A stretch of 63,740 nt of DNA, filler included, from Octopus bimaculoides (GCF_001194135.2; 7 parts of 7 records of this genome joined end to end with filler, not necessarily neighbours in it), one strand, 5' to 3'. Numbered from the whole stretch's first letter, positions 1-12,236 are shown. The notes: generated by a model from the letters alone, not told the origin. Translations and numbers: made by a program.

Positions 1-412
1 ATATATATATAAGCAGCGACGCGCAATGTGATTACCATATAGGAAAAATTCAATCGTCACTAAATGTGATTAAAGGTGCCGAAGCACCTACGTTGCTAGA
101 AATAAGAGTTAAAATAGTAGTTAAAAAAAGTATTTTAACTCTTATTTCTGGAAATGTAGGCGTTTCGGCATACAGAAATATTCAGGTATGCATCATTTCC
201 AGTATATTAACCTTACGTTCGAGTACGGATATATGTTTAGGAAGATATACTTCTCATATTGTTTAATGTCTAAGTATGGAAATGTAGTGTTGTGAAAGCC
301 ATTCTTATATTATAAATTATCATAACTTATATTGTAACTTATATACTTGCGCAGGTGTTGCTTAAGTGTGTAAAATATTTCAAAATTATCTGGAAAGTTT
401 TGAGGTAATATG

Positions 413-850
413 AGCGTAGGAGTGGCTGTGTGGTAAGAAGTTTGCTTCTCAACCACATGGTTCCGGATTCAATCCCACTGCACGGCACTTTGACAAGTGT
501 CTTCTACCATATCCTCGGGATGACCAAAGCCTTGTGAATGGATTTAGTAGAGAGAAACTGAAAGAACCCTGACTTGTGTGTGTGTGTGAGTGTGTTTTTT
601 AGTGTGTGTGTATATGCATGTGTATGTGTGTGTGTTTGTGCCTGTGTTTTTTCTCCACCCACTACCTGACAGCAGTGTTGGTGTGTTTACGTTCCCGTAA
701 CCTAGCAGTTCGGTAAAAGACACCGGTAGAATAAGTACCAGTACTTAAAATAAAAATAGTGGCGTCGATTCATTCGACTAAAAATTCGTCAAGGCGGTGC
801 CCCAGTATAGCTGCAGTCTAATGACTAGAACAAATAAAAGATAAAAGAAT
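413..850 (+). mobile_element. tRNA-derived SINE, type B, full length with internal (GT)n
   Basis: Pol III A-box TGGCTGTGTGG and B-box GGATTCAATCCC, a CORE-like segment (ggcactttgacaagtgtctt), internal (GT)n, conserved 3' half ending in an (ATAAAAG)-type tail. Homologous copies at 23.6, 24.3, 27.2, 36.5, 53.6 and 60.0 kb. Confidence 0.85.
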
Positions 851-2532
851 ATATTTAGCTGGGTGGTGGGGGGCATCTTTGCTATGCGGTGATATAGGGG
901 CCAAAAGGAAATACAAATCAAAATGAGATACAAGTTGAAGTGAGATACATGTTAAAATGATACACCAACCAACCAACCGACCGACCGACCAACCAACCAA
1001 CCAACCAACCAACCAACCACCCGACAAAAGATATCGGTCAAAATGAAAAGAACTGTTGACTTGAAATTCGAGGACGTCTACGCAGTGAAACTAACAGTCG
1101 ATATTCTAAAACTGCGAAGTTCCGCGTTTCTTTTTCTGAATCATGACCTGGTTACATGTATATAATATATTGCCAGTAGAACATCATTTAATTTACGATT
1201 CGAAATTTTCAGAAGGAATTATTTGGAGTCGTCGCCAAACGCATATTTCATCCTGGCAGCAGAGAATAAGATAACCAGTAAGAAATGCCAGTTTCCAAGT
1301 TTAAACTATAAACGTCGATACAAAATACGATTGTTCGTTAGTTATGAACAAAAGGAAACATTCATTTAAAGAACAACAAAGATCTTTACGTAAAACTGTT
1401 TATAAAACAAAGCAGTCTGCATATATATTTCTATTTCTGTGATGCATCTGTACTTTTTATAATGAAGATTTATAGATATGGTTTGTCGTTATTTAATGAC
1501 AAAAATGGCATGGAATAGATGAGCTTAAAATATTGAGTTTTGATATTCTTGTACATTGATTTTTATTTCTGTAATAATGTAGAACAGTAATGTTTTGATA
1601 AGTAATTACGTAGGAAGTTAATGTAGTTTAATGTCTGAATAGTTTTAACATTTTCATGTTTAATGCCAGCCAACGTCTTATGCAGTCTACTTATTTCAAT
1701 ATACGCTTCTTAATCTATGTATAAACTCTGATGAACGTCATAGAACAAGAGTTTTTAAAATTCTGATCAGCTGACAGTAAAGTGATAATCATTTAATCCG
1801 AAACTTGTCGTCGACATTGAAAATTTTGATCTGGCTATAGAGATAGTTAGGGAGAAATGTCTAGAAATGCTTGCCGTTACATTTCTATATAAGTATTCAT
1901 TCGTTCATAAATTTTAAAATTCCACTGTTTACCTATAAGTACAGATTAATATGCTTATTGATACATGAAAATATAGCATGTGGCTTATCATTATATATAC
2001 GTGTGTGTGTGTTTATGATGTGTGTGTGTAAATATACATACGTACACCCCCCACACATGTTTGAATCTAACTCCTTGGTGCTCTGGGTTTCAAGCGTGAT
2101 GCTAATCTTCGGCCATTTGATCCATAAATGTAACTCCCCCAAAATGTGTTGAGTGCCTTTCTTTCGTTTGTCTATTCACTCGTATATATATATGTATACA
2201 CACACACTTATATGTATATATATACTTATACATAATATATATTCATTACCTACCTACCACACACACATATATATACATATAAGTTATTAAGGTAGCTATT
2301 CGCAATTTACAACCGAAAGGTAACTAGTCGTCACTAAAGTGACTGATGGGGGTAGTCAGCACCAGCATTGCTAGAAATAAGAATCAAAACAACTCTTAGC
2401 CACGTGAGAGCGTCGTTAGAAAAGTGCTATCACGAGTTGTTTTGGCTCTATTTCTGGCAATGCTGGTGCAGACAAGCACTCTCAGTTACTTCAGTGACGA
2501 CTATACATACATACATACATGAATGCATACAT

Positions 2533-2763
2533 GAAGGCGGCGAGCTGCAGAACGTTAGCACGCCGGGCGAAATGCTTAGCGGTATTTCGTCTGCCGTTAC
2601 GTTCTGAGTTCAAATTCCGTCGAGGTCGACTTTGCTTTTCATCCTTTCGGGGTCGATAAATTAAGTACCAGTTACTCACTGGGTCGATGTAATCGACTTA
2701 ATCCCTTTGTCTGTCCTTGTTTGTCCCCTCTATGTTTAGCCTCTTGTAGGCAATAAAGAAATA
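2533..2763 (+). mobile_element. tRNA-derived SINE, type A
   Basis: Head GGCGGCGAGCTGCAGAACGTTAG, B-box GAGTTCAAATTCC, body gaggtcgactttgcttttcatcctttcggggtcgataaattaagtacc shared with many copies. The same long tail occurs at 52515-52746. Flanked by ATGCATACAT on both sides (possible TSD). Confidence 0.85.
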
Positions 2764-2775
2764 ACATACATGCAT

Positions 2776-4680
2776 ACATTCGACTCTATCCCTCATTCAT
2801 GGCTGTTGAAGTACCTACATCTGGCAAAAGTACTTACTACCTTAATTGCTGCTATAGAGAGACTCACAAAGACATGAACAACTATTCTTACCCTTACAAC
2901 TGAAAACAGAATAATTGTTTCTAATAATATAGGCATTTCAAAGGGAATATTCCAGGGGGATAGTCTTTCTGTACTTTTCATTTTGGCACTGAATCCATAA
3001 TCGTTCCTACAGCAGAAAACAAATGTTTACATGCTAGGATCTTCAATTGCTAGAAATATCAATGAAACTCATAATTTCTTTGTAGATGACCTGAAGATTT
3101 ATGCTAAAAGTGTTAACAATGCCAAGAAACATCTGGAATTAATAACAAAATTTTCAGCTGATATAGGCGTGGAATTTGGCCTAAAAGAAATGTTCATATT
3201 TGGTTATAGAATGAGGAAAGTCAGTCCCCCAAACCCCAAACCTGTGCATCAACGGTCTGTCTATCTCCCCCATTCCACACAAAGAATGTTACAAGTACCT
3301 TGGCATAGACGAAAATGTATGATATGAAGGCACTGTAAATAAAGATAGAGTGATCCGAGAATATTGCACCAGACTTAGGAAAATATGGCAGTCGGAACTC
3401 TCCTCTTATAACAAAACAATATCCCACAATGCATTTGCAGTACCGCTGCTGATCCCAACATTTAGGAACTTCCACAGAAACAGTGATGTTGACAGGCTCT
3501 ACCTAAGAAGAAATGAGGGTGGTAGAGGACTGAGATCAGTGCAGACGGCCTTCGAATGCCGTATGGTATCACTCAGGCAGCACCTGCTAAACAACAGCAG
3601 CAAAAATAAATATATAAATGCAGTTCTGAAACTTGAAGTGAGCAGCATTGTACGATTTGGAAGTGAGCTCCTCAAGAAGCACTCTCTTCCTGATGATCTA
3701 TACAGCCCCCAAACAGCTGGGCTCTCTTACCTCAGAGAAGAACTGGATAGAAAACATTCAGCATACAAAAAAATTTAAAAAAACAAAAAACAAACTATGC
3801 ATGAGTATGTTGCCCGGAAGCTTGAAGAAGACAGTAGAATTGACACAAAGCTCAGCTTCTCTTGGACACAAGACCACTACATCACATCACACTTCGAAGG
3901 CTATGCGTTTGCAATCCAGGAACAGGAGATTGTCACAAAGTACCTGGTGAACAAGAGAGACAGTGACGCTCTTGTAATCCCAAGGTGCAACCGCACGTGC
4001 AGGCTATGTCATGTTTCTGTGGAAGACATCATACGTGTGATTAACAGCTGTCCTAATATGTCGTCACGGTACTACCTCCCTATACGGCACGATGTTGTTG
4101 CTAAAACAGTTTATAGTGCCATCCGCAAAAAAAGACTGACCTGAAATAAACTTAGAAAATCCCTCAGTTATGGAATACATTCATAAACATTAACCTAAGG
4201 AATACTGGTGGAATATTCCCATCAAAACTTTTGTCAAATGTAAACATAACGGGCCGGATATTGTTTGGGACAGAAGGGCAAAGGTATGTACCATCATGGA
4301 GGTCAGCTGCCCTGCGGATATAAATATCTCTTTGAAAATCAAAGAAAAAGAGGATATTTATAGAGAACTGCTTTAAAACCTCCATCTTCTATATCTAGAC
4401 TATGAATTCATATTTATACCAATTATAATTGGAGCACTAGGTTTTGTTAGTAAATGCTTAAAGGAGAATCTGTATAAACTGGGATTCTCAGAAAGAGAAA
4501 CTGATCGGCTAATTCGTACATTACAAGTGCAATCTGTGAGTGGAACAATAAAAATATGCAAGACTTCTCAAGTTCCAAATGTGAATTTGTCTGTGTTAAC
4601 TACATCCTAAAGATGGAGCCTTGCATCTTTGTTGGAAACTGGGTCCCTCCTCAGTGGAAGATTTATGATAATTAAAAAAT
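2776..4680 (+). mobile_element. 5'-truncated, degenerate R4/Dong-type non-LTR retrotransposon (RT + CCHC + restriction-like endonuclease)
   Basis: Fragments in shifting frames: FDSIPHSWL, GIFQGDSLS, HNFFVDDLKIY (RT), RLYLRRNEGGRGL, EGYAFAIQEQEI, CRLC..EDIIRVINSC (zinc knuckle, H>R), RHDVVA, KHNGPDIVWD..IMEVSCP (PD-D/E-xK RLE). Multiple stops and frameshifts; 3' UTR runs into (CA)n. Confidence 0.9.
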
Positions 4681-4682
4681 AG

Positions 4683-4684
<2 letters not shown>

Positions 4685-4732
<48 letters not shown>

Positions 4733-4755
4733 NNNNNNNNNNNNNNNNNNNNCAT

Positions 4756-4805
<50 letters not shown>
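4685..4805. repeat. (CA)n, gap, (CT)n microsatellites
   Basis: Directly visible dinucleotide runs either side of an N gap. Confidence 0.95.
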
Positions 4806-4808
<3 letters not shown>

Positions 4809-5561
4809 TTATCTCTTCCTCTATCTCTATATCTATACATGCACACAGATGCACAGGCATACATATGATTATTAGTTGTATTTTTTTTCTTACCTTTGTT
4901 GGTTTTATTTTCAACGCCTACATTATTAATGTGGTGCCATTTCCTATTCACAAATGTGATCTGTGATATTTATATACTGAATGCAAGTTTATATTTATGT
5001 TATAAGATTACTTCAGTTGTGAAAGGATCTGTTTGGTATTGTCTGAATGTGATTTGTAATGGTAAGATATTTTTTTATAGTCCCTGGAGTTTTGCTACAA
5101 GAATACCATATGTGATTATAAAAAACAAATTTTAACTCTATACGGTTTTTTTTTCATGCAGTTAATGTTGTATTGCTAAACTTTTAGCCATTTCTGTCAT
5201 GCTTATGATGTTTATTTTTTTGTGCGAAGCGTTTTTATATAACTTACACACTTACGACGGGTAAGAAGGGATATGAGAACGCTACTTCTTGCTTATGTCC
5301 TTGGTGCTACTGTCGTTATTATTGTTTTCCTATAAAATCATATATTTCTTTGTGTTATTTGCATTGTTTGCCAGTGTTTGTGCGAATAATTTGCAGTCTT
5401 TGCAAGACACATTTATAGCTGTTCTATAGCTCGCTTTGTAAATGTGTTAGGAATATACCATTTTAATCACGTCATGCACTGACCAGAGATTAAAGTCACA
5501 GCACTGAAATTCATAAAAAAATTTAAAATCGCTTTCAATTCGATATTCTTTGCGGTTGTTG

Positions 5562-5614
<53 letters not shown>

Positions 5615-5655
5615 GTTGGACAAAATAATGGAAATACCTTAAAATTTCAAACAAA

Positions 5656-6963
5656 TTAATTTTGATATGGAGTAGGACCGCCTTTGGCAGTAGTTACAGC
5701 TTGAATTCTACGAGGTATGGACTCGTACAAAGTTTGAATTGTTTCCACAGGAATTTTTGTCCATTTTTCAGCTAAAACAGTCTCCAGTTCTTGTAGTGAT
5801 GATGGTGGAGTATATCGACTCCTTACTTCTTTTTCTATAATAAATAAATGCGCCCTTTTAAAGCCTAGCCAGGCTCATGGGCCCAGTTTCGCGGTTTCAA
5901 TGGCGTATGTGTTCCGCAGCTGGACGGGACACCAGTCCATCACAGCGTTACTCATTTTTGCCAGCTGAGTGGACTGGAGCAACGTGAAATGAAGTGTTTT
6001 GCTCAAGAACACAACGCGTCACCCGGTCCAGGAATCGAAACCACAATCTTACGATCATGATGCTGACACCCTAACCACTATGCCACGCACTTCCACTTCT
6101 TTTTCTAAAATGCACCATAAATGTTCAGTGATATTGTGACCTGGTGACTGTGATAAGATGCTCAATTTCACTAGTATGTTCCTCGTGCCATTCAATAACA
6201 ACTTTGTGTGAATTGGTGCATTATCATCCTGAAAGATTGCGTTTCCCTCCGGAAACAGTTCCGCACCATAGGATGAATTTGACCAGATAAAATGCTTAAA
6301 TAGTCTTCACTATTAATTCTGCCATGAAGGGAAACCATTGGGCTGATGGATTTCTAAGATATAGCCCCCCAGATCATCATAGATCCTCCTCCACGTTTAA
6401 CAATTGGAAGAAGGCAGTCTGGGTCAAATGCCTCTTTTAGCTGTCTCTACACTAATACTCGGTCGGTGGTCGGAAATAAGGTAAAGGATGACTCATCCGA
6501 GAAAATAACATTCTTCCACTGCTCTAGGGACCAATTCTGTAGGTTTTTACTCCACTCTAAATGCTTTGCAGCGATTGTTTTTGTAAGTAGTAGTTTTCTG
6601 ATAGCAACCCTTCCGTGAAATCCGGTTTTAAGCAGCTCCTGGCGAACAGTTTTTGTGGAAACTGGGTTGTCGAGGTGCATTAAGCTCTGCAGTAATTTTG
6701 GGAGCTGTACTTTTGTGATCCTTTCTAAGAATTCGCGTAAGAGTCCGACGGTCCCTATCTGAAAGTTTTGGTTTTCTTCCGGAGTTTTGTTTTATACGAG
6801 GAGGTTTTCCCTCTTTCTCAAAGGCTGTCATTGCTTTGTAGACAGTACTTCTTGATACACCAAACATTTCGGCTGATTTCATTATGCTAGCACCTGCCAA
6901 ACGACCACCAACAATTTGACTTCTTTGAAAGTCTGATAGATCTGTCATTTTAATGAATTTCAA
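5656..6963 (-). pseudogene. Tc1 transposase pseudogene
   Basis: MTDLSDFQRSQIVG..GVSRSTV (HTH), SGRKPKLSDRDRR, VIFSDESSF (D), QDDNAPIH (D), NITEHLW (E), C-terminus GGPTPYQN*. Frameshifted and interrupted by a SINE. Confidence 0.9.
5838..6094 (-). mobile_element. tRNA-derived SINE, type C, nested in the Tc1 transposase
   Basis: Minus-strand head GTGCGTGGCATAGTGGTTAGGG..GGTTTCGATTCC and (TTTA)n tail. Perfect 13-bp TSD ACTTCTTTTTCTA at 5825-5837 and 6095-6107. Confidence 0.92.
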
Positions 6964-7145
6964 ATACCTTTTTTTGAGGATATCTGAAAAGAAACAACAA
7001 TTTTAGCAAAACATATTGAGCAACACTAATAATAAATAAAAAAACATAAAAATAAACAAGCTTTTGACGGTTTTATAGATATTTCAAAATTATGATGCTA
7101 TGATGCTAGGTGTTTCCATTATTTTGTCGAACCCCTGTATATATA

Positions 7146-7355
7146 TATATATATTCGCCATGATAGATCGCTGACCACTACATTTATATTTTTTCTCTCT
7201 CCTTGTTTCTCTCATTGTTTCTTTCTGTGTTCCTTTCAGTTGAAGAGCGTAGGCTCGAAACGTTAAAGATTTTCTCTATTCCTGAGCGTTATACTAATAC
7301 ATCCATTTGTTGTTTACACCACCTGTCTTCGTCTGTTGTTTTTTCGTAAATTCTC
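7146..7355 (+). repeat. Short pyrimidine-rich interspersed repeat with a Penelope pLTR-like motif
   Basis: Motif TGAAGAGCGTAGGCTCGAAACGT recurs, degenerate, at ~26060 (+) and ~44775 (-). Classification is inference. Confidence 0.45.
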
Positions 7356-8175
7356 CTATATATATATNNNNNNNNNNNNNNNNNNNNNNNNNNNNNNNNN
7401 NNNNNNNNNNNNNNNNNNNNNNNNNNNNNNNNNNNNNNNNNNNNNNNNNNNNNNNNNNNNNNNNNNNNNNNNNNNNNNNNNNNNNNNNNNNNNNNNNNNN
7501 NNNNNNNNNNNNNNNNNNNNNNNNNNNNNNNNNNNNNNNNNNNNNNNNNNNNNNNNNNNNNNNNNNNNNNNNNNNNNNNNNNNNNNNNNNNNNNNNNNNN
7601 NNNNNNNNNNNNNNNNNNNNNNNNNNNNNNNNNNNNNNNNNNNNNNNNNNNNNNNNNNTATATAAAACGATAAACCACGTGTTACAATAAAAGGTGTAGA
7701 ACTTAATATCATTGGAATAGGTAAACATATTTAATATATTATGCAAGCATGGAATAGTCACACACAGTAGTATGTACGTACGTGAGTGCGCGCGCGCGCG
7801 TATTTGTCTGTGCGAAATACATGGTATATAGGTATATAAAACCTTCTATACTTGTAGATTGCTAAGCAGGATTCCCATAAAGAAATTTTAAAGGGGAATA
7901 CTTGTTTCTTATTTTTGTGAGAAGGCAATATTTGAGACAAAAATATACAATTAAGTCTTTCAGAAACAAAGAAAGAAGAAAAAGAGAAAATATATGAAAG
8001 AAAGACTGAAGCAGATAAGTATTTGAAGAGATTTTCTCTCCGAGAAGAACCATAGGACCATACCTGTCAACAAGATATATACGTTACATATGATACATAG
8101 ACAGCTATATTTTGACTTAATGTTGTTTCAATTGCATACATCGAGCTTCTATTCAGCTTGGCGGTTATTTGCAAT

Positions 8176-8563
8176 GTTGTTGTTGTTGTCACTCCGTCGC
8201 TTACGACGACGAGTGTTCCAGTTGATCCGATCAACGGAACAGCCTGCTCGTGAAATTAACGTGCAAGTGGCTGAGCACTCCACAGGCACGTGTACCCTTA
8301 ACGTAGTTCTCGGGAAGATTCAGCATGACACAGTGTGGCAAGGCTGACCCTCTGAATTACAAGCACAACAGAAAAAGGAAGTAAGAGTGAGAGAAAGTTG
8401 TGGTGAAAGAGTACAGCAGGGTTCGCCACCATCCCCTGCCGGAGCCTCGTGGAGCTTTAGGTGTTTTCGCTCAATAAACACCCACAACGCCCGGTCTGGA
8501 AATCGAAACCGCGATCCTATGACTGCGAGTCCGATGCCCTAACCACTGGGCCGTTGCGCCTCC
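8176..8563 (-). mobile_element. tRNA-derived SINE, type D, full length
   Basis: Head GGAGGCGCAACGGCCCAGTGGTTAGGG..GGTTTCGATTTCC and (CAA)n tail. 10-bp TSD TATTTGCAAT at 8166-8175 and 8564-8573; homologous to 14891-15281 and 54858-55198. Confidence 0.92.
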
Positions 8564-9082
8564 TATTTGCAATATCAATGAATGTATTATTCACTGTTTC
8601 CTATATGTTGGGCGGGGAGAAAATTTCATCTAGGTATGTGACTAGTAAATTCGTTAAGTATGATGCATAGATGGCTATATTTTCATGCATTAATAAACGT
8701 AACAGGTAAACGTAAAGGTAAATATACTGTAGAATTTTAAAATTTATGAGCAGAATGCTTTATTCTAAGCACCCTTTAATACATATTTCTTTCAACGTAT
8801 TAGTACTATTAAATGAAATTTACATATAGCCAGTTAAAGGTTAAATATGAATTTATAAACATTCGAGAGGACGTGAAGTAATTCTTTTTTGGAATATCTC
8901 GGGTGTTTATAAAATTCTTATGACGTCAGCAACATACAATTCTCGTTGGTAAGAATGAAGTTAGTAAAATGGTTAGAGAAATTCGAAGGATTGATTTGGT
9001 CTAATGGTAGAACGCCTGGCATGTCAACAGGAGATCTGAATTTGATTCTTACGGGCAGCCTGTGATGTTTTTTATCCATTTG

Positions 9083-9113
<31 letters not shown>

Positions 9114-9169
9114 TGTGTATGTGTGTTTGTGTGTGTACATCGGTGAAGAATGCACTGATAAACATCGTC

Positions 9170-9510
9170 GCGTCGACCCCGAAAGGATGAAAGGCAAAAT
9201 CAGCCTCGGCAGAACTTGAACTCAAATCGCAAAGGCGGATGAAATGCTGCTAAGTATTTTGTCCGGTGTGCTAACGATTCTGCCAGCACGGCAAATATAA
9301 TGGTTTCAAACTTTGGCGTCCAGCAGTTTTTGAAGGGAAGAAGTTGATTATATCTGCCCCGGTATATGACTGGTACTGATTTTATCGACCCCCCAGAATG
9401 ATTAAAGGCAAATTTGACCTCGGCGGAATATGAGCTCAGATCGCAACAACCTACGAAGTACCGCTAAGCATTTTGTCCTGAGTGCTAACGGGTCTACCAA
9501 CTCGTCGCTT
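9170..9510 (-). mobile_element. Two tandem degenerate type A SINEs
   Basis: Two successive matches to the type A body (tcgaccccgaaaggatgaaaggcaaa..ctcggcagaa.ttgaactca) at ~9170-9292 and ~9303-9510. Confidence 0.75.
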
Positions 9511-9569
9511 ACAACTCAGCGATTATAATGCGAACACATATAATAATGGTGGACGGATCTTCGTCAGGT

Positions 9570-9745
9570 TCGACGAGGAAGATTCAAGATTTTGATCAAC
9601 TGAATTAACTGTTTGCTCATTGAATTATCGGGCAAGTGGTTGAGTATTCCACAAACGCGTATATTTTTGATTTAATTCAGTCAGAATCAGCGTGACACAG
9701 AATATGACAAATCTGTGCCATTTTGAATCACAAGTATTATCCATC
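9570..9745 (-). mobile_element. Degenerate type D SINE 3' tail fragment
   Basis: Weak similarity to the type D tail (tgaattaactg..gggcaagtggttgagtattccacaaac..cagcgtgacacagaat). Confidence 0.5.
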
Positions 9746-10350
9746 GAATGGGTTTCCACCGACCCAATTTCACTTGTAAGGTTTGTACAGATCTAAGGCA
9801 ATATTAAAAGGCACTTGGTTAAGATGCCACGCAATAAAATCGAACCCAAATTCGCGTTGATGTCAAACTAACTAGTCAGTCATGATGCTTCATCAATTTT
9901 AAGAAAACCCCAAAAGTAGTTTCTTTCAAATAATTTAGGAAACTGATCACGTCACACGAAATTGCGATTACAAGCACTCTTATCTGCAACCCACAAATAC
10001 AATATAGACTTTCTGTCGCTCTCTTACTCAACTCCTTTCTCTCTTTCTCTCGCAAGCACGCATGCGCACACATACGTTCATGCACACACTTTTCAGGCAC
10101 ATGTACTTTTATTTAGCTTCACGTAACCATATGCATATCTATATACACGTGCATACATACATACACACACCCGCACATATAAACATACACATACTTATGC
10201 ATACATATACGTATATGAGTATGCATATGTGCGTTATATATATATGTGTGTATACATGTATATTTATACACGCATGCATACTTACAGACACACACATACA
10301 CACGTTCTTGCATGCACGCATATTCGTTAATGCATACATAAATATATACA

Positions 10351-10390
<40 letters not shown>

Positions 10391-10490
10391 NNNNNNNNNN
10401 NNNNNNNNNNNNNNNNNNNNNNNNNNNNNNNNNNTTAATTAATTAANNNNNNNNNNNNNNNNNNNNNNNNNNNNNNNNNNNNNNNNNNNN

Positions 10491-10808
10491 TGACACTGAG
10501 GTACAAATATATGAAGCCCAATATACCTATCATGGCTATCCGTCTGATAAGGGTACACCAGGCATATGCATCACAGTCATACCTTGTAGGTAGGGCTCAA
10601 TTAGAATTTTCTTCGGGTTGAGTAGCCCATCCCGCTCAAAAGGTCCCTGAATAAGGTTTGTGCAAGTATGATGAACGAAGCACACATGTTTCCAGAGGTG
10701 AATTATTCAAACCCAAATGAATTCCTTTTAAAGCATGGCTATGATGCCCCCACTACTGTTTCTGCTCGTTATCAGAGATGCACATATCGTCAGCCACTAA
10801 GAGGCATG
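10491..10808 (-). repeat. Unclassified retroposon 3' fragment (family X)
   Basis: Reverse-complement homolog of 13932-14256 (shared ccgtctgataagggtacaccagg and ttagaattttcttc.ggt.gagtagcccatcccgct). Confidence 0.75.
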
Positions 10809-10867
10809 GTTATTGTTGTTGTTGTTCTTGTTCTTGTTGCTGTTGTTGTTGTTATTTAGGTGGTTAA

Positions 10868-11430
10868 CTGCTAGAATAGTTAGCTCGCCGGGCTAAATGC
10901 TTAGTGGCATTTCGTCCGTTTTTACGTTCTGAGTTCAAATTCCACCGAGGTCGACGTTGCCTTTCATCATTTCGGCGTCGACGAAATAAGTATCAGTTGT
11001 GTGCTGGGGTCGATGTAACCAACTAGCTCCTTCCACGAGATTCCTGGTTTTAGTATCAAAATTTGAAATCATTACAATTTGCAAAAAGATTGACTTGCAA
11101 AGGTTGACTTTGCTTTTCATCATTTCGGGATCGATAACATAAGTACCAGCTAAGGGCCGGTGTCAATGTGATCAATTTATCCCCTCCCCACGAAGTTCCC
11201 GGCCTAATGCCAAAATTTGAAATCATAATTATTAAGATGGTGAACTGGCAGAATCATTCTTACGCCGGCATTTCATCAATCTGTACGTTCTGAGTTCGAT
11301 TTCCGCTGAGGTTGATATGCCTCTCATCATTTTGGGGTCGATTAGATAAGTATTACTTCAGCACTGGGTTGATGTAATCGACTAGCCCCTACCTCCAAAA
11401 TTTCAGGCCTTCTGCCTATTGTAGAAAGAA
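10868..11430 (+). mobile_element. Three head-to-tail type A SINE copies or fragments
   Basis: Three repeats of the B-box/body (gagttcaaattcc..gaggtcgac..tttcatcatttcgg) at ~10870-11065, ~11095-11225 and ~11235-11430. Confidence 0.8.
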
Positions 11431-11478
11431 TTATTGTTGCTGTTGTGGTTGTTGTTGTGGTTGTTGTTGCTGTTGTTG

Positions 11479-11510
<32 letters not shown>

Positions 11511-12236
11511 GGTAGTGGTGGTGGTGGTGGTGGTGGTGTTGTTGGTGGTGGTGGTGTTGTTTCGTTTGCAGACGACCACTGTCATATGAACGAAGTTCAG
11601 TCGCCGATTGTTTGGTAATAAAAGTCGAATGATAAAATTTATTTCCTTCTCATATTCATTTCACGACAATTTGCCAAACAGTCATTAGCGTAAACAGAAA
11701 ATAAAATGTCAATTTATAACAATTGAAATCTTTTAACGTAGAGCAAGCAGGCACTTCATCTCGACCACTGGGCGATAACATCACTCAACTATTCAATGCT
11801 TTGCTGCTGTCTTTTACTACAGTTATATGATATGATACTGAAATTCCTTGGAATGCATGGCTACGAAGTTATACTTCTTACATAAGTTGTTGCAACAACA
11901 GTCTCAGTAACGCCGCTATATTGGTTTTACTAATAAATTGCTTCGTCAGTTCCTTTAAAAGTTGTTTAGCTTATCAACATCTTATTGATATCTCAGTTGG
12001 TGCCTCTCCTAGTTATATGATATACTTGCTGATTCTTGACAAAACGCAACAACGCAGTTGAGAAATACTGAAACGTTTTCTAAAGGTGTAAAAACATCAA
12101 GCCGTTCGATAGGAAGTGTTCGTATGAAATTCGTAAAGGATTATGAGTAATGTTAGATCTTAGCCTTGAGACTGTCGCATCAAAAGCTTTGGTGCTTGAA
12201 CACGCTTTTGGTAATAACAAGAAGAAGAACAATAAT

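Larger units (their letters stand above)
5610..7137 (-). mobile_element. Full-length inactive Tc1-family DNA transposon
   Basis: ~30-bp TIRs: (T)AGGGGTTGGACAAAATAATGGAAATACCT on the left and the reverse complement CAGGGGTTCGACAAAATAATGGAAACACCT on the right. Inserted in (TA)n; internal transposase remnant. Confidence 0.95.

Noticed and set aside
1722-1825. CTGATGA and GAAAC..GTC motifs suggesting a hammerhead ribozyme
   Set aside because: The two core halves cannot be assembled with correct spacing and helices.
8995-9065. tRNA-like segment with a GTC-centred loop
   Set aside because: Acceptor and T stems are broken; at best a decayed SINE head or pseudo-tRNA, so it is not called as a tRNA gene.
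10435-10446. TTAATTAATTAA embedded in N runs (also 22070, 28346, 49707, 59927, 62625)
   Set aside because: Identical 12-mer with all-frame stops centred in ~100-bp N spacers: an assembly linker, not biology.
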